Shown here one piece after another: positions 46,124 through 53,865 of a DNA stretch of 64,000 nt. Position 1 is the first letter of the stretch, and the number at the start of each line of letters is the position of its first letter. The notes under the pieces were generated by a model that had not been told where the DNA came from, ran no database searches, and saw nothing but the letters and a program-made list of their open reading frames with translations. This DNA is from Candidatus Woesearchaeota archaeon. GTDB lineage: Archaea > Nanobdellota > Nanobdellia > Woesearchaeales > GW2011-AR9. Where the stretch lies: the NCBI GenBank assembly GCA_018676855.1, contig JABHDY010000004.1, positions 28,972-92,971 on the forward strand, given 5' to 3'. The translations under genes were made by a program, and so were the position numbers.

Positions 46124-46268
46124 GGGGCTGTAGCTCAATCTGGGACATAAGGAATACATTATTTCTTGTGCAGGAAAGAGCACTAGACTGAAGATACGAA
46201 AAATCCAAGATTTTTGGAATGTCGTAACCGACATCTAGGTGTTCGGGGTTCAAATCCCCGCAGCCCCA
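46124..46268 (+). tRNA. tRNA-Phe (GAA) interrupted by two introns. One is a ~32-nt non-canonical intron in the D-loop and one is a ~39-nt intron at the canonical 37/38 position. CCA is not encoded.
   Basis: The exons read GGGGCUG-UA-GCUC-AAUCUGGGA-[46146..46177]-GAGC-A-CUAGA-CUGAAGA-[~46194..46232]-UCUAG-GUGUU-CGGGG-UUCAAAU-CCCCG-CAGCCCC-A. The spliced product is 74 nt. Its D-arm and anticodon loop (CUGAAGA) match canonical tRNA-Phe almost exactly. Confidence 0.7.
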
Positions 46269-46321
46269 CATTTTTCTTTATAGAAGTTAAATTTATATAC
46301 TCAATTGATTTATCTTTTTAT

Positions 46322-47014
46322 ATGGCGCGGCCAAAAAAGAGTGTACAAAAGAATAGTAATAGAGTCCAAGATAAAATCTTCTGGGCAGCGTTAGGTATTA
46401 TATTCATTATTTCTACTGTTGTAATTGTCACTAATGTTGATACAAGTATTGATTTAACAGGAAATGCTGTTGTTCAAACAATAAGTTATTTTAAAGCCGG
46501 TGGTGAAATGTTCCTTGAAACAAAAACTGGCGGAATTCAAGATATAACGGTAACGTTTAACGAAGAAGTTAAAAATTCGCTTATTAAAACTGAAATGGTT
46601 GATGACGTTTCATGGAACTTTGATGGTAAGGTATATTCGAAAGTAAAAATATCATCAGTTATTGAAGATAAGATTAATGAAGGAATAAAAGTAACATTAA
46701 AAATAAGGGAGAATGATCTTCTTGAATCAGGAATTTCTCAGGGAGACGTACGTCTTTTTGTTAATGGTGAAAAGTTAGACACTGTTTTTGACAAGTCAAA
46801 AGACGGATATTTATATTATAAAGCTGTCAGTCCAAGTTTGGGAGAGTTTATTATTGGTAAGGAAATGGTGAAAGAAGTTGAAGTTGTTAATGACGTTGTT
46901 CCTGAACCGGTTGTTGAAGTGGTAGATGAGCGGGTTGTTGAAGAAGAAGTTGTAGAAGAGGAAGCAGGTTTCTTTGCAAGTATTGGTAATTTCTTTAAAG
47001 GATTGTTTAATTAA
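46322..47014 (+). CDS. Signal-anchored beta-rich protein with an acidic VVEEE C-terminal tail; candidate pilin-like substrate (weak).
   Basis: The start at ATG 46322 (MARPKKSVQKNSNRVQDK) is followed by a 20-aa hydrophobic helix IFWAALGIIFIISTVVIVT. The track ORF start at 46214 overlaps the tRNA-Phe and is rejected. The C-terminus is rich in Glu/Val repeats and ends GFFASIGNFFKGLFN. Confidence 0.5.
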   Translation: MARPKKSVQKNSNRVQDKIFWAALGIIFIISTVVIVTNVDTSIDLTGNAVVQTISYFKAGGEMFLETKTGGIQDITVTFNEEVKNSLIKTEMVDDVSWNFDGKVYSKVKISSVIEDKINEGIKVTLKIRENDLLESGISQGDVRLFVNGEKLDTVFDKSKDGYLYYKAVSPSLGEFIIGKEMVKEVEVVNDVVPEPVVEVVDERVVEEEVVEEEAGFFASIGNFFKGLFN

Positions 47015-47051
47015 TAATTTCTAAGAAAAGAAAAAAAAAGAAAAAAAAAGA

Positions 47052-47186
47052 CTAATAACCACGGCAGTTTTTGCAGTAATATCTGTTTGCATTTTCAACA
47101 ACAATACGATTACCACATCCCTTGCAACACCGTTGGATTTTAAATTTCTTTACCTCTTGGAAGACGTGTTGCTTCAGTTTTATCAC
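47052..47186 (-). CDS. Small C4 zinc-ribbon protein, ~44 aa, with a GTG start; possibly ribosomal protein S27ae-like. It falls below the ORF-track length cut-off.
   Basis: Minus-strand translation gives (V/M)IKLKQHVFQEVKKFKIQRCCKGCGNRIVVENANRYYCKNCRGY*. The CxxC-x13-CxxC spacing and basic N-terminus resemble S27ae/RpoP-type ribbons. No ATG is in frame after the upstream stop. Confidence 0.3.
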   Translation of the reverse strand: MIKLKQHVFQEVKKFKIQRCCKGCGNRIVVENANRYYCKNCRGY

Positions 47187-47369
47187 CTTCTTTTTTTTGA
47201 AAAGTGTAAGAAAGATTTATTTTCTTATCACCTTTTTTTGTTTTCTCTTTTTTTTAGAACCAACTCTGTAATTTATCTGTAAACAAAACAAGTATATAAA
47301 TGTTCTGTGATTATCGAGGTAAAAACAACGTTTTTTACAAAATTTGTAGTCTATAAAAAATTAAAATAA

Positions 47370-47996
47370 TTACAAAAAGAATAAGAAAAACAATCCGAAC
47401 GCAACCATTGCACCCCACACACTTGGTTGCCAACGGAAAATTTTAAGACCGTCAAAATGACCGAACGGAATTAAATTAAATAATCCTAACCACATGTTAA
47501 TGAAAAAACCTATTTGAAATGCGAATGCAAATGAAGTATAAAAGTTCATTAATCCTAAAAATATCATCGCTAAGACAAAATTTGTAAGAGGACCAACTGC
47601 ACTAATAATACCGTTTTCTTTTCGTGTTATCTGTCCAGAGATCATAACTGCGCCAGGTGCTGCAAAGATAAAACCGACCACTGCAGCTAAACCAACTGCA
47701 ACATATAACATCTGATCAAACGCTCTAAACTCTGCAACACAACCATATTTCTGTGCAGCAAACTTATGTGCAAGTTCGTGAAATAAAAATCCTATACCTG
47801 CAGTAAACAATGAAATGCCAAACATTAATAAGAATTGTACAGAAAATATTCCTGTAAATGAATTACCACCAAGTAAACGAATTCCTGAATATACTAACGC
47901 AAATGCGAATGATAATGCTAACCACGCTTTTGTAATATCAATTAGTTCTGTCTTAGAAGTCTTAATCTTTCCCAGTCGTATCATCTTGTTTGTCAT
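47370..47996 (-). CDS. M50-family (site-2 protease-like) membrane metallopeptidase
   Basis: The HExxH motif lies within a TM helix (FLFHELAHKFAAQ). The second Zn-ligand motif reads NLIPFGHFDGLKIF (LDG-type). There are 5-6 TM helices. Confidence 0.6.
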   Translation of the reverse strand: MTNKMIRLGKIKTSKTELIDITKAWLALSFAFALVYSGIRLLGGNSFTGIFSVQFLLMFGISLFTAGIGFLFHELAHKFAAQKYGCVAEFRAFDQMLYVAVGLAAVVGFIFAAPGAVMISGQITRKENGIISAVGPLTNFVLAMIFLGLMNFYTSFAFAFQIGFFINMWLGLFNLIPFGHFDGLKIFRWQPSVWGAMVAFGLFFLFFL

Positions 47997-48225
47997 TGTT
48001 GTTCTCTGTATACTTTACCATACTATCAAGTTCTTCTTCATCACTCTTAATGTCACTTATCTTTTGTTTCAGATATTCTTTCAGTTTCTGTGCTTCTTCT
48101 TCAACCTTGATCAACATTGAAACGTCTGCAAAGTTTTCTTCTGCACAGTCTTTACAATAATAATCTGACGTATTTTTTATCTTAAATTCGGCTTCATCAT
48201 TGCAGACGATACACTTCTTTACCAT
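47962..48225 (-). CDS. Small zinc-ribbon protein with an acidic C-terminal tail, 87 aa.
   Basis: The ribbon reads MVKKCIVCNDEAEFKIKNTSDYYCKDCAEE (CxxC...CxxC). It overlaps the M50 start by 35 nt. Confidence 0.4.
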   Translation of the reverse strand: MVKKCIVCNDEAEFKIKNTSDYYCKDCAEENFADVSMLIKVEEEAQKLKEYLKQKISDIKSDEEELDSMVKYTENNNDKQDDTTGKD

Positions 48226-48277
48226 AATTAGTGTTTAAAACGAAATTGATTTAAAAATGTTTGGATAGAAAACCAAT

Positions 48278-48970
48278 CTACTTCATTAAAACCTTCTTAA
48301 TCTCTTCAATTTCATGTTCCGTAACTGCACAGCCGTTAAACTTGGTTGCCCATAATACGGCGTCAAGAAGTGTACTTTTTGCATCACGTTTTTTTGGTAA
48401 ATACTGTTCCAACAAACCTAACTTATACGCAACACTTGCAAGTTCAATAGATCTAATAATGGGAACGTTCTTAAAATGTGTACTAAACTCGTTCATTTTC
48501 TTAAGATTAACAATAACATTTCTTTTAAAACGTCGTTCAAGAAGCGATTTCATGTCCTTATTACTTTCTATTAGTAATCGTAATGTTCGTTCGTCCATTA
48601 CAACACCGGCATTTTTTTCCTGTAACGCAGAAGCTACTGCTTCAACTTCTCCCGCTTGTAACACGTCCATAGTTTTACCTTTCATTGTAAACGCACTGTT
48701 AGCAAGCTTTTTTAGTGTAAGAACTTTCTTATCAGGAACTTTATCATAAATCTCAAAGACTCCCTCACGAATCATTTTCATAACTTCTAACGCTTCAAAT
48801 TGAAAACGTCGTATCGTTAAAGGTCGATCAACAAGTTCAAACTTTACTGCGGGCGTTATGTAAAATTTTCCACCAAACTTTTTCTTTAATTCTGGAATGA
48901 GCCATCCTAACCGTGACATCACTAACGTAATAACGGGACCAGCATCAAAAAAAAGTATCTTTTCGGTCAT
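48278..48970 (-). CDS. Hypothetical protein, 230 aa; possible PIN-like fold (weak).
   Basis: The N-terminal ILFFDAGPVITL resembles a PIN-domain first strand with Asp. Its 4-nt overlap (ATGA) with the upstream gene suggests an operon. Confidence 0.35.
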   Translation of the reverse strand: MTEKILFFDAGPVITLVMSRLGWLIPELKKKFGGKFYITPAVKFELVDRPLTIRRFQFEALEVMKMIREGVFEIYDKVPDKKVLTLKKLANSAFTMKGKTMDVLQAGEVEAVASALQEKNAGVVMDERTLRLLIESNKDMKSLLERRFKRNVIVNLKKMNEFSTHFKNVPIIRSIELASVAYKLGLLEQYLPKKRDAKSTLLDAVLWATKFNGCAVTEHEIEEIKKVLMK

Positions 48971-49647
48971 TGAGAACCACCAAAGAATTTTAATGCTATC
49001 GCAAGACGTTTTGTTGCTGGAATGGTTTCATGGTGAGAGTTTAATGCACGTGTTTTTGATGCGTACTGTTGTAAATCCCAGTTTGATAAGCCCATAAGTC
49101 CTGCTGCCTGTCCTATTGACAAGCCTTTCTCAACAAGAACTGTACCCTTTTTAATACGTGATGCCTGCATAACATCTTGTAAATGTTCCTTTACTTTTGC
49201 ATCACACTTTTGTATAATTGTAAATAATCGTTTTATATTGCTGTTATATGCACCAAACTTACGATTTTCAAGGTTATGCTTTGCAGATGTTAACTCATCA
49301 AGTAATAGTGTATAATCATCATCTTTAATACACAAGAGAATTTTATAAATTGAATAGAGTAAAACAGTTATAGAAATGATGTCAAGATCTTTATACAATG
49401 CAACGTGTTCAATAGCTTCATCACTAAGTCGTTTAAGTTCTTCATAATCTTGTGCATCACGCGTTTGAAGAATACGAATTGCTTCATTTAAATCTTTTAC
49501 AATCTCTTTCCTTAGTACCTCTTTCATACTTGTAAGAATGATGTTATGTTTTATTAACGTTTTGGTTAGATTAAAATGTCTTTGCCTGCAACAATAACAT
49601 TTATAACCCTTAAATAATTCCTTATTGTATGGGTTTAGCTGTAACAC
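48967..49647 (-). CDS. HTH-containing protein, 226 aa; putative regulator.
   Basis: The C-terminal helix-turn-helix reads GLSIGQAAGLMGLSNWDLQQYASKTR. The N-terminus has a Cys pair (YKCYCCRQRH). Confidence 0.45.
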   Translation of the reverse strand: MLQLNPYNKELFKGYKCYCCRQRHFNLTKTLIKHNIILTSMKEVLRKEIVKDLNEAIRILQTRDAQDYEELKRLSDEAIEHVALYKDLDIISITVLLYSIYKILLCIKDDDYTLLLDELTSAKHNLENRKFGAYNSNIKRLFTIIQKCDAKVKEHLQDVMQASRIKKGTVLVEKGLSIGQAAGLMGLSNWDLQQYASKTRALNSHHETIPATKRLAIALKFFGGSQ

Positions 49648-50120
49648 ATGTAATTCTTACGATTGTTGTCCTTGACCTCCTTCGTCATTACATCTTTGGA
49701 AAACATAAATTTCCACGATATTTGTTAGTCGTAGGAGGAATTGCTGGATTATTTCCAGACATTGACATTCCATTAACATGGGTGTACAGTTTTCTTACAG
49801 GAATTAAAGGTTCATTACATGGAACATTTACCCATTCATTAACATTTGTCATTATCTTCTTAATCATAGGAGCAATATTGCATTATAATAAAAACATGAA
49901 ATGGGCAAGAATATGTTACGTTATAGCCTTTGGTTGGTTCTCACATTTATCATTAGATTGTTTATATGGTGGATATAAAGATTTCTTATGGCCGTTCTTT
50001 GTTACCAATTTCTGTCCACAATGGGGCATTGGTCAACATGCAACAAGTATTGACGCACTTATTTTGGTTGCATGGCTTGTACACGAAGAAATACATAATA
50101 ATATTAGAGATTATATTTAG
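49629..50120 (+). CDS. Membrane-bound metal-dependent hydrolase (YdjM/DUF457-like).
   Basis: MGLAVTHVILTIVVLDLL...IAGLFPDIDIP...H.. has His/Asp residues in TM helices, typical of the family. Confidence 0.5.
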   Translation: MGLAVTHVILTIVVLDLLRHYIFGKHKFPRYLLVVGGIAGLFPDIDIPLTWVYSFLTGIKGSLHGTFTHSLTFVIIFLIIGAILHYNKNMKWARICYVIAFGWFSHLSLDCLYGGYKDFLWPFFVTNFCPQWGIGQHATSIDALILVAWLVHEEIHNNIRDYI

Positions 50121-51127
50121 AGACCAAAGAATCTTGCTATTCTAGGTAAAACCATTGTTTTAGTAAACCCACCCTCACTCACGTACGGACCAAGTTTTGA
50201 ATCACCAATAGAGAAATAATCTCCAGCGCGTAAAGCTTGTTTCAATGTCGCCATGTCTTGTAGATCATCTTCTCTAACATACATTCCAGTAAGTTTTGTG
50301 TGAGTTAGTGCATGTGTATCAGAACCAGTAAATCGTTTTGGTGTCTCTGAAGGTTCAACTAAACCATCACAATTTGTATCAACCATTTTTACAGCTAACT
50401 CGTTTGCCTTTTTTACATCAAACCAAAGATAATCTATACTATACGCGTTGTGTACTTCAACAAAATCTACAAGGCCACAAGTAAATCTTATTTTGGCCTC
50501 TTCTTCTGCAGTTGGCAGCCTAAATGTTTTTCCTTCTGCTATTAAATAGGGAGAAGTATAAACCGAAATACCATCTCTTCTTCGAATTTCATCAATCGCA
50601 GAAAAAACATTCTCATATTTTGGCAAATAATCACCATCAAAACCTATAGCCAGAATATCTGGTCCACCACAATCAATTTCTTCTGTTCGTGTGAAGTATC
50701 CATCTCTAAAACGAGCAAGTTGACCAGGGGTAAGTTCTTCAAAACCTCCAAGATCTTTAACTAATTCAACCGCCTGTTCGTACGTTACAAGTTCTGTCGT
50801 GTCTGGTCTTTGTGTTAACCCTACCAATCCTGGGGAACCTAACATCTCTACAACATCTTCTAAATCTCCTTGATCATTTCGAATATGAGCATGAAAATCG
50901 CACAAGACAAGTGATTCTCCACCATCTTCACGTTCAAGAACAGGTTGTGCTTTCTGTGTTGTATCATCAAGATAAGGACGAGCAAAGAAACCGGTAGCTC
51001 CACCTACAGAAAGAACTGTTCCCCATTTAAGAGTTCCAATACCAAATTTTCGTAGAAGACTTCTTCTTGAAACTTTTCTTGGAATTCTTCTTGATGGTAA
51101 TTCTGTACTTTGACCTAAAAATGCCAT
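50117..51127 (-). CDS. PHP-domain phosphoesterase with a twin-arginine-like signal.
   Basis: The N-terminus has SRRSLLRKFGIGTLKWGTVLSVGGATG (RR motif plus hydrophobic region). The PHP motif reads LVLCDFHAHI. Its 4-nt overlap with the convergent gene's stop region is consistent with compact packing. Confidence 0.5.
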   Translation of the reverse strand: MAFLGQSTELPSRRIPRKVSRRSLLRKFGIGTLKWGTVLSVGGATGFFARPYLDDTTQKAQPVLEREDGGESLVLCDFHAHIRNDQGDLEDVVEMLGSPGLVGLTQRPDTTELVTYEQAVELVKDLGGFEELTPGQLARFRDGYFTRTEEIDCGGPDILAIGFDGDYLPKYENVFSAIDEIRRRDGISVYTSPYLIAEGKTFRLPTAEEEAKIRFTCGLVDFVEVHNAYSIDYLWFDVKKANELAVKMVDTNCDGLVEPSETPKRFTGSDTHALTHTKLTGMYVREDDLQDMATLKQALRAGDYFSIGDSKLGPYVSEGGFTKTMVLPRIARFFGL

Positions 51128-51219
51128 TGATTTTTTTTCAAATGGTCAGTATTTAAACGTTATGAATTAAAATACAACATATACCAAATATATAAGAATA
51201 TCAAGAATATACTAAACAT

Positions 51220-51402
51220 ATGGCTCGTTCTAGAACTGATAAATTGGAAGAACGGTTACATCAACTTATTGATGAACTTAAAGAACCTAAAGATGACGGA
51301 CTTTTTTTTGTCAGATTTCAAGAATATATGCATGGAGTACAAGAACTTCCTAGAATAAAACAAGACTTTTATAATCATCAGTCACGATATTTTATTATCT
51401 AA
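51220..51402 (+). CDS. Small hypothetical protein, 60 aa.
   Basis: It is a short ORF in a divergent intergenic context with a charged helical pattern. Support is weak. Confidence 0.25.
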   Translation: MARSRTDKLEERLHQLIDELKEPKDDGLFFVRFQEYMHGVQELPRIKQDFYNHQSRYFII

Positions 51403-51602
51403 CCAACAAACATAAACCTTTGAACTTCTTCACCATCAATAGTAACTGTTTCAAGAAACATTTCTTTAGGACGAATCCAAACAGTTCCTTCACCATAAAG
51501 AGCTTTATACACGACATATTCCTCAAGAGTTTCTGAATGCTTTCCAATACTAAGAACTTCGTACTGGTTTCCTTTAAAGTGTTTATATTTTCCTAGTTTC
51601 AT
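51399..51602 (-). CDS. DUF1653-like small protein
   Basis: MKLGKYKHFKGNQYEVLSIGKHSETLEEYVVYKALYGEGTVWIRP matches the Y(K/R)HYKG..Y pattern of DUF1653. It overlaps the upstream gene by 4 nt. Confidence 0.45.
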   Translation of the reverse strand: MKLGKYKHFKGNQYEVLSIGKHSETLEEYVVYKALYGEGTVWIRPKEMFLETVTIDGEEVQRFMFVG

Positions 51603-53059
51603 TCAACAACCTCTCCAACAATACTTCGTAACATATGATCAACTACCCGGACAGAAATCTTTTCCTTCAAAGGCAACCTGCCCTTAACACCAATTATTAA
51701 TGGATATGTACCCATTTGCCGACAGAAAGTTGTCTTCCCATCATAGATTTCTGTGTACACATCTTTCAAAACAGTACCAACTGGAACAATTTTCTGTAGC
51801 ATTGGAAAATCAATTGTCTGTCTTATATCATTACGCCACTTCCAATAATATTTCTTATTCTTTCGTACAAACTTGTTTCCAGCTTTCTTCTCAAGTAACG
51901 TACCTGGAAGAACAGCTGCTTGCCGAACATTGATTCTTCGTAATAATAAACCAGAGTCAAAAACATTCTTTAACGCATCCATATTTGCAACATGAGTTTG
52001 TTTACTTTCATCAATCAAACCAAAGATAATGTTTATTCCAGGTAAAAAAGCGTGCATTCCATTTTCACCACGAACACCACCATACTTATTGATCATATTT
52101 ATAGCCCTAAGAGCAACGGCGGGAGATGTATTTAACAGATTAGATTTAACAACAATAGGATCAAAGGATTCAACGCCAAGTGCAGCAATGTTTCCTGGTG
52201 TACAATATTTTACGATGGCTTGTGTTATCTCTTCACCATTCTTAGATATTACAGAATTTGGATTTACATTATCTATATGTAACACTTCAATCTTAGGACA
52301 TTTCTTTCGAATATCTTTCAACATACCTACTGGATCGTCTGAAGAATAAAAGTCTGCTTGTTTTCCTATCCTAAAATGTCGAGCACCAGCTTTATAGAAT
52401 GCCACAACCTCTTCAACAACAGATTTCTTTGACCTATTAACAAAACAGTTCTTTAACGGTTCTGTACAGAAACTGCACTTTCCTACTTTACAACCCCTGC
52501 TAGTTTCAATTTCTATAACCCTTTTATCAGGAATTTGTTGAAGGATTGATGCACTCTTAACAGAAACTTTACCAACCTCATCAAATGACATGGCAAAGTC
52601 TTGTACCTCATCAAAGAAATCTAAATCAACCTTTTCAAAAAACTTTCCGCCCTCTAACTGTGTTCCCATAACTGCAGGACCAGTAAGTGTTTTAGAAACG
52701 GTAACATCCCTCAATAAAGATATGACTTCTTTTAAAGTTCCAGGCATTGCACTAAGATACTTTCCAGGTACATGAACACCTAAAACAACAATAAGATTAT
52801 CAGTTGATAAAAGAACTTTCTCAGCATCGTTATTAGTTGTATTGTATACCAAAATGTTAGTTTTTTGTTTCACAGAGGGTTCTTTTTTTACTCCCTGATA
52901 CTTTTTCCATAAACGTACATCATCAATTGTTATGTAGGTTACGTCATGTCCTTCCGCTTTTAACTTACCATAAATGTAGCGTGGATATGTTCCTAAGTAT
53001 GGAGGTACGCCTAACCCAGATGCTTCATCTGTATAACAATCAAGTATTGTGTAACGCAT
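51599..53059 (-). CDS. Radical-SAM-like Fe-S enzyme with a non-canonical Cx4Cx2C cluster motif (function unknown).
   Basis: The cluster motif reads ETSRGCKVGKCSFCTEP. The downstream TIM-barrel-like pattern is consistent with the radical SAM fold. Length is 486 aa. Confidence 0.4.
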   Translation of the reverse strand: MRYTILDCYTDEASGLGVPPYLGTYPRYIYGKLKAEGHDVTYITIDDVRLWKKYQGVKKEPSVKQKTNILVYNTTNNDAEKVLLSTDNLIVVLGVHVPGKYLSAMPGTLKEVISLLRDVTVSKTLTGPAVMGTQLEGGKFFEKVDLDFFDEVQDFAMSFDEVGKVSVKSASILQQIPDKRVIEIETSRGCKVGKCSFCTEPLKNCFVNRSKKSVVEEVVAFYKAGARHFRIGKQADFYSSDDPVGMLKDIRKKCPKIEVLHIDNVNPNSVISKNGEEITQAIVKYCTPGNIAALGVESFDPIVVKSNLLNTSPAVALRAINMINKYGGVRGENGMHAFLPGINIIFGLIDESKQTHVANMDALKNVFDSGLLLRRINVRQAAVLPGTLLEKKAGNKFVRKNKKYYWKWRNDIRQTIDFPMLQKIVPVGTVLKDVYTEIYDGKTTFCRQMGTYPLIIGVKGRLPLKEKISVRVVDHMLRSIVGEVVE

Positions 53060-53151
53060 GAACCATATAAGACCAATATCTTTTATAAATAATTCTACAT
53101 AACTATCATAGAAACGTAAAGAATATTAACAACTATCATTTTCTGATTACC

Positions 53152-53841
53152 ATGAAAAGAGTAAGGATTGGTATTGTAGGTAATATTGGCGTGGGAAAAT
53201 CGACGTTAGTTCGTGCATGTATGTCACCACAATTTTCTTCAATTCTTCTCAATGTTCTTCCAAAGAATGATGATAACCAATATAATGAAAACTATTCACA
53301 AGTCCATGGCTTTCTTGAAACGTTTAACACAGAAAAATTAGACCAGTTCTATAAAGATCCATTAAAAGTTGCATTTACACTTCAATGCGATTTTTTACAA
53401 AAACGTGTTGATAGAGAGAGTAAGATACAAGATTCGCATGGAATAATAATTGAAGATAGAACATTGGGAGAAGATTATCACATTTTTGGAAAAGCGCAAC
53501 ACATACAAATGAATATGACGACAGAAGAATTTACTCAATATGAAGAAGAATATGTAAAAGTTCAACAAAAAATTCCACAGCCAGACATTCTTGTTTATTT
53601 ACGTGCACATAAAACCACATTACAGAAACGTATAAAAGAACGTGGAAGAGATAGCGAAAAACATATCAACAGCTCATATTTATCGCTCTTAAACATTCTC
53701 TATGAGGAATATGTTAAGAACCATGCTCAATCGCCAGTCATTATAATTGATACAGAGAAATATAAAGACGTAGACCATTTTCTTACAAAAACTATTCAGA
53801 AAATTGCACAAAAAGTTACACAGATAATTAACAAAGAATAA
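53152..53841 (+). CDS. Deoxynucleoside kinase-family P-loop kinase
   Basis: The P-loop reads RIGIVGNIGVGKSTLV. The ERS-like motif reads IIEDRTL. The LID region is Arg-rich (LQKRIKERGRDSEKH). Confidence 0.55.
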   Translation: MKRVRIGIVGNIGVGKSTLVRACMSPQFSSILLNVLPKNDDNQYNENYSQVHGFLETFNTEKLDQFYKDPLKVAFTLQCDFLQKRVDRESKIQDSHGIIIEDRTLGEDYHIFGKAQHIQMNMTTEEFTQYEEEYVKVQQKIPQPDILVYLRAHKTTLQKRIKERGRDSEKHINSSYLSLLNILYEEYVKNHAQSPVIIIDTEKYKDVDHFLTKTIQKIAQKVTQIINKE

Positions 53842-53865
53842 AAAGAAAATTAAAAAAATAAAAAT

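Noticed and set aside
46214-46321. Track ORF start extending the 46322..47014 gene upstream (MECRNRHLGVRGSNPRSPT...).
   Set aside because: This stretch is the 3' exon region of the intron-containing tRNA-Phe, so the Arg/Gly-rich translation is spurious.
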